NCBI GenBank assembly: GCA_963799485.1 | Contig: CAWCXJ010000014.1 | Span: 1-28,964 of the forward strand | DNA: 28,964 nt | DNA from: an uncultured Trueperaceae bacterium | GTDB taxonomy: Bacteria > Deinococcota > Deinococci > Deinococcales > Trueperaceae | Direction: 5' to 3' | In this document: positions 25,899 through 28,964 of the stretch, piece by piece | Layout of the letters: each line of letters starts with the position of its first letter | Position numbering within the stretch: position 1 is the stretch's first letter | Program-made: the position numbers and the translations under genes | The notes under the pieces: model-generated | Databases searched by the model: none | What the model saw: the letters and a program-made list of their open reading frames with translations, nothing else | What the model was told of the DNA's origin: nothing

Positions 25899-26009
25899 CA
25901 CCCCGTCCGCGCGGGGGATGGTGGAGCCGGAGGTCGGTAATCGGGCTTCGTCAAAAGGTGACGTTACCGTTGCGGGACAGCGCCGGACTTTCACCGGACT
26001 TCCCCGACC
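25899..26009 (-). ncRNA. Cobalamin riboswitch (compact, class-II-like)
   Basis: GGUCGG-GGAAGUCCGGUGAAAGUCCGGCGCUGUCCCGCAACGGUAAC...GAAGCCCGAUUA-CCGACC, followed by a CCCC-GCGCGGAC-GGGG kissing-loop hairpin. Confidence 0.92.
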
Positions 26010-26024
26010 AGGGCGCTTAGCTAG

Positions 26025-26053
26025 AGCTTACGGCGCAGACGTGAGGGTGTCAA
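26025..26053 (-). promoter_or_regulatory. Sigma70-type promoter for the riboswitch/permease transcript
   Basis: TTGACA, 17-nt spacer, TAAGCT; about 15 nt upstream of the aptamer. Confidence 0.8.
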
Positions 26054-26061
26054 CGGAGGTC

Positions 26062-26093
26062 AGCAATGAGTAAAAGCTTTGACACTCACTGCT
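26062..26093 (-). terminator. Hairpin downstream of the acyl-CoA ligase gene
   Basis: AGCAGUGAGU-N12-ACUCAUUGCU (10-bp stem with one G-U); no U-tract. Confidence 0.4.
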
Positions 26094-26124
26094 CGTTCCT
26101 CATTGCTTCATGCTTCAAGTTGCT

Positions 26125-27705
26125 TTATGCTCCGACCTGCTCGGTTTCGCGCAGCTCACGCCGTAAAATCTTGCCGGTCGCGTTCATCGGCAGGTTTTCG
26201 ACCATTTCCAAATGGCGCGGATACTTGTACGACGCCAGCCTCTCTTTGCTCCACTCACGGAGCGTGTCGGGGGTAAGGCTCGAGCCCTCCTCCAACACCA
26301 CAAACGCCCGAATCTCCTCGCCGTACTGCTCATCGGGAACCCCGACCACTGCTGCTAGAGACACCTCGGGGTGCGTCATCAACACCTCTTCGACCTCGCG
26401 CGGGTAGACGTTGAAGCCGCCCCGAATGATCATGTCTTTGAGCCGGTCAACAATCGTGACGTACCCCTCTTCGTCGAGGGTGCCGACGTCGCCGGTATGA
26501 AACCAACCGCCCCGCAACGCCTCGGCGCTCGCCTCGGGCCGCCCGTAGTAGCCTTTCATGATGTTGTGACCGCGCAGGGCGATTTCGCCGGCTTCACCTG
26601 CGGGCAGCGCCTCGTCGTCGTCCCCGACCACCTTGACCTCGGTGCCGAACACGGCCTGACCGACGGTGCCGACCTTGCGCTCGCGGCCTGCGTGGTTAAA
26701 GCACGCGACCGGGCTCGTTTCGGACAGCCCGTAACCCTCCAGAATACCGACTTCGAAAACCTCTTCAAAGCGCCGTAAAATCTCTACGGGCATCGCCGAA
26801 CCGCCGCTGAGGCACGCTTTGAGCTGCGCTTTTAAGGCCGTAAAATCGGCTTCGGGAAAGCTCTTGGCACCGTTTAACAGTCCCCAGTACATCGTCGGCA
26901 CCCCGGCAAAGGTCGTGACCTTGTGGGTTTTCATCATGTCCAGCGCACCCTCCGGCGTAAAGCGCGGCAAGAGTACAATCTGCGCGCCGAGGTAGAACAT
27001 CGCGTTCATCACGCACGTCTGACCAAACACGTGAAAGAGCGGTAAGGCCGCCAAAAATACCTGGTCTTTACCGGCTAACCCTTCGATGTGAACGAGGCTC
27101 GAGCTGACCACTGCGTTCATCACCAGGTTGAGCTGCGTCAACTCGGCCCCTTTGGGTTGACCGGTCGTCCCGGAGGTGTAGAGAATCACGGCGGTGTCCT
27201 CCGCCTCCCGCGAGACGAGTTCAAAAGGCTCGGTGTGTTCGCCCATTATCCGCCCGAACGTCGTCGCACCTCTGGCAGGGCTCTCCGCCGCCATGTCCGC
27301 CGTAATCACCACGAGATGTTCGCACTCAGGTGCGTCCTCAAACCCTGCCGCCCCCGCCTGCGCCAGCGGCAACTCGGCGGTACCTTCAAAAACGAAGTAG
27401 GCTTTGGCGTCCGAATCCCGGAGGTGATAGCTGATTTCGGGGGGCTTCAAAAGGACGTTCAGCGGCACGACGACCATTCCGGCGCGCAAGATGCCGTAGT
27501 AGACCGCCGGGAAAAAGGGCAGGTTGGGGCAGCTCAGCGCGACCTTATCCCCCGCTTTTAGACCCTGCGCGGTGAGGTAGCCCGCGACAGCAGCAGCCAT
27601 CGCATCTAACTGGCCGTAACTGTAGGTTTTGTCGCCAAACCGCACGGCGGTGCGCTCAGGTGTGATGCGGGCATGTTCGGACACGAACGAGGCGAGACTC
27701 AACAT
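26125..27705 (-). CDS. Long-chain fatty-acid--CoA ligase (AMP-binding)
   Basis: YTSGTTGQPKG, LPLFHVFG, EGYGLSETSP, WFHTGD, DRLKDMIIRGGFNVYPREVE and TGKI motifs; AGGAGG RBS supports ATG 27705. Confidence 0.95.
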   Translation of the reverse strand: MLSLASFVSEHARITPERTAVRFGDKTYSYGQLDAMAAAVAGYLTAQGLKAGDKVALSCPNLPFFPAVYYGILRAGMVVVPLNVLLKPPEISYHLRDSDAKAYFVFEGTAELPLAQAGAAGFEDAPECEHLVVITADMAAESPARGATTFGRIMGEHTEPFELVSREAEDTAVILYTSGTTGQPKGAELTQLNLVMNAVVSSSLVHIEGLAGKDQVFLAALPLFHVFGQTCVMNAMFYLGAQIVLLPRFTPEGALDMMKTHKVTTFAGVPTMYWGLLNGAKSFPEADFTALKAQLKACLSGGSAMPVEILRRFEEVFEVGILEGYGLSETSPVACFNHAGRERKVGTVGQAVFGTEVKVVGDDDEALPAGEAGEIALRGHNIMKGYYGRPEASAEALRGGWFHTGDVGTLDEEGYVTIVDRLKDMIIRGGFNVYPREVEEVLMTHPEVSLAAVVGVPDEQYGEEIRAFVVLEEGSSLTPDTLREWSKERLASYKYPRHLEMVENLPMNATGKILRRELRETEQVGA

Positions 27706-28026
27706 AAAATCCTCCTGGTAGACGTTAAAAAGTTGTAGGGACAGTCTAGCGTATAAGCGGCTTTGGAACTGTGCATAAGCAGCGCACACAGCGTTCCAAG
27801 AGTTCGGTGCGAAAGCCAACCTACAAATCCCTTCGGTTGATGCCAGTTCATATGAGACTACGCGGCCCGGTCGGTACAGTTTGGAAAGGGCTCGAGGTCA
27901 ACCCGAAGTCCAGATGAACCTAAATTCAAGCCGTTTCGCACAGGACTTGCGAGAAAACACCGCAACCCTGGCTTTGTTCCTGTCAGGTAGGTAGACGCTT
28001 TTCGCGGCCTTTTCAAACGGTATACA

Positions 28027-28073
28027 GACTTTCGTCCGGGTCTCAGGCGCATACTGAGACCCGGACGAAAGTC
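28027..28073. repeat. Perfect 20-bp inverted repeat
   Basis: GACTTTCGTCCGGGTCTCAG-GCGCATA-CTGAGACCCGGACGAAAGTC. Confidence 0.9.
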
Positions 28074-28145
28074 AGTCAGCAGGGTCAGAGACGGCATAAA
28101 GTGCGGGTCAAGTGTGCTAGAGAAGAGGCTGTACCAGGGGCTTTA

Positions 28146-28964
28146 GGTTCTGTTGACATTTCACCGCAGCCAGATGAGTGCCGAAGCGAAGTGTAAGAAG
28201 CCAAGGTAGTTGCGAGCAAGCTTATCGAAGCGAGAGAAGCAACGCCTATAGTATTTGAGCTTGCCGATAAAGCACTCGGTGAGGTGCCGCTCTTTGTACA
28301 GCTCTTGGTCGTACTCAGGTTGCTCTTTGCGGTTTTGCTTGGGTGGGATAACCGCTTCTGCACTCAGCGCGGTGATGGTGTCGCGGCTATGCTGGGCGTC
28401 ATAGGCTTTGTCGCCCAGCACAAACTCGGCTTCATAACCTTCGAGTAACGCTTTAGCATAAGGTGCTTCATGGACTTGACCCGCAGTTAAAAGCAGCCGT
28501 AGCGGATTGCCTAGCGCATCGACGGTGACGTGGACTCTGGTACCAAACCCGCCCCGGCTATAGCCGAGTGCTTGCGCCTTTTGCCCCCCTTTTTACGTGT
28601 CGCACCCGCCGAACACGCATGAGCCCGAATCACGCTACTGTCCAGCATCACATTTTCTATATCAGGATCGTCAGCAAAGTGCTCAAACATCTCCTGCCAT
28701 ATCCCTCGTTCGCTCCACCTGTCAAAGCGCTTGTAGACGCTGTTCCAGTGACCGTACCGCTTAGGCAAAAGTCGCCACTGAGACCCCGAACGCACTATCC
28801 ACAACACCCCTTCGATAAACCTTCGGCACCGCTTCTCCTGGCCTATGTACACCTCTGGGCGCTCATCTAAAAATGCTCTGATTTTATGCCACTCTCTAGC
28901 CTTGAGTTTTACCTGCGTCATGCCTTTTTCTAGCAACTCAGCACATGAGATTGTCAACAGAGCC
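28146..28964 (-). mobile_element. IS5-family (IS427-group) element, 819 bp, inverted copy
   Basis: Reverse complement of 14221-15039 with about 4 substitutions seen by eye; preceded by TA; the window ends exactly at its IR. Confidence 0.95.
28161..28921 (-). CDS. IS5 transposase (frameshifted OrfAB)
   Basis: Same two-frame organisation as 14264-15024. Confidence 0.9.

Noticed and set aside
27706..27819. 38-aa N-terminal extension of the acyl-CoA ligase in the ORF track
   Set aside because: A strong AGGAGG SD precedes ATG 27705, where family similarity begins.
27858..28097. 79-aa minus-strand ORF
   Set aside because: It runs through the perfect hairpin and has no RBS or recognisable domain.

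Overview
Bacterial DNA of roughly 60% GC, most likely Deinococcota (Truepera-like). This is inferred from TAnnnT -10 boxes 5-7 nt before start codons (leaderless genes), strong CTCGAG enrichment and gene content. The left half (1-15039) is an insertion-sequence hotspot. It holds a Tn3-family element (divergent resolvase and transposase with a res region), two inverted copies of an IS3/IS407-group element, a full and a truncated IS5/IS427-group element, and remnants of IS630, ISL3, a second IS3 and another DDE transposase. These surround an intact-looking sugar operon: ROK regulator, ABC solute-binding protein, amidohydrolase, two permeases and a GH100/amylo-1,6-glucosidase-like hydrolase. The right half (15040-28145) looks like core genome: GAF/HD-GYP, purB-purC-purS, GDPD, an orphan REC-BTAD regulator, a PaaI thioesterase, a VUT/YhhQ-type transporter, two hypothetical genes, two histidine phosphatases, a cobalamin-riboswitch-controlled BtuC-like permease and an acyl-CoA ligase. 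It is bracketed by inverted IS5 copies. The most notable observations are a 27-bp in-frame hairpin insertion in the IS3 catalytic loop, the HIP1-like CTCGAG palindrome, a riboswitch-coupled 11-codon leader ORF, a structured leader upstream of the VUT gene, and the uncharacterised amidohydrolase plus GH100-like sugar pathway.
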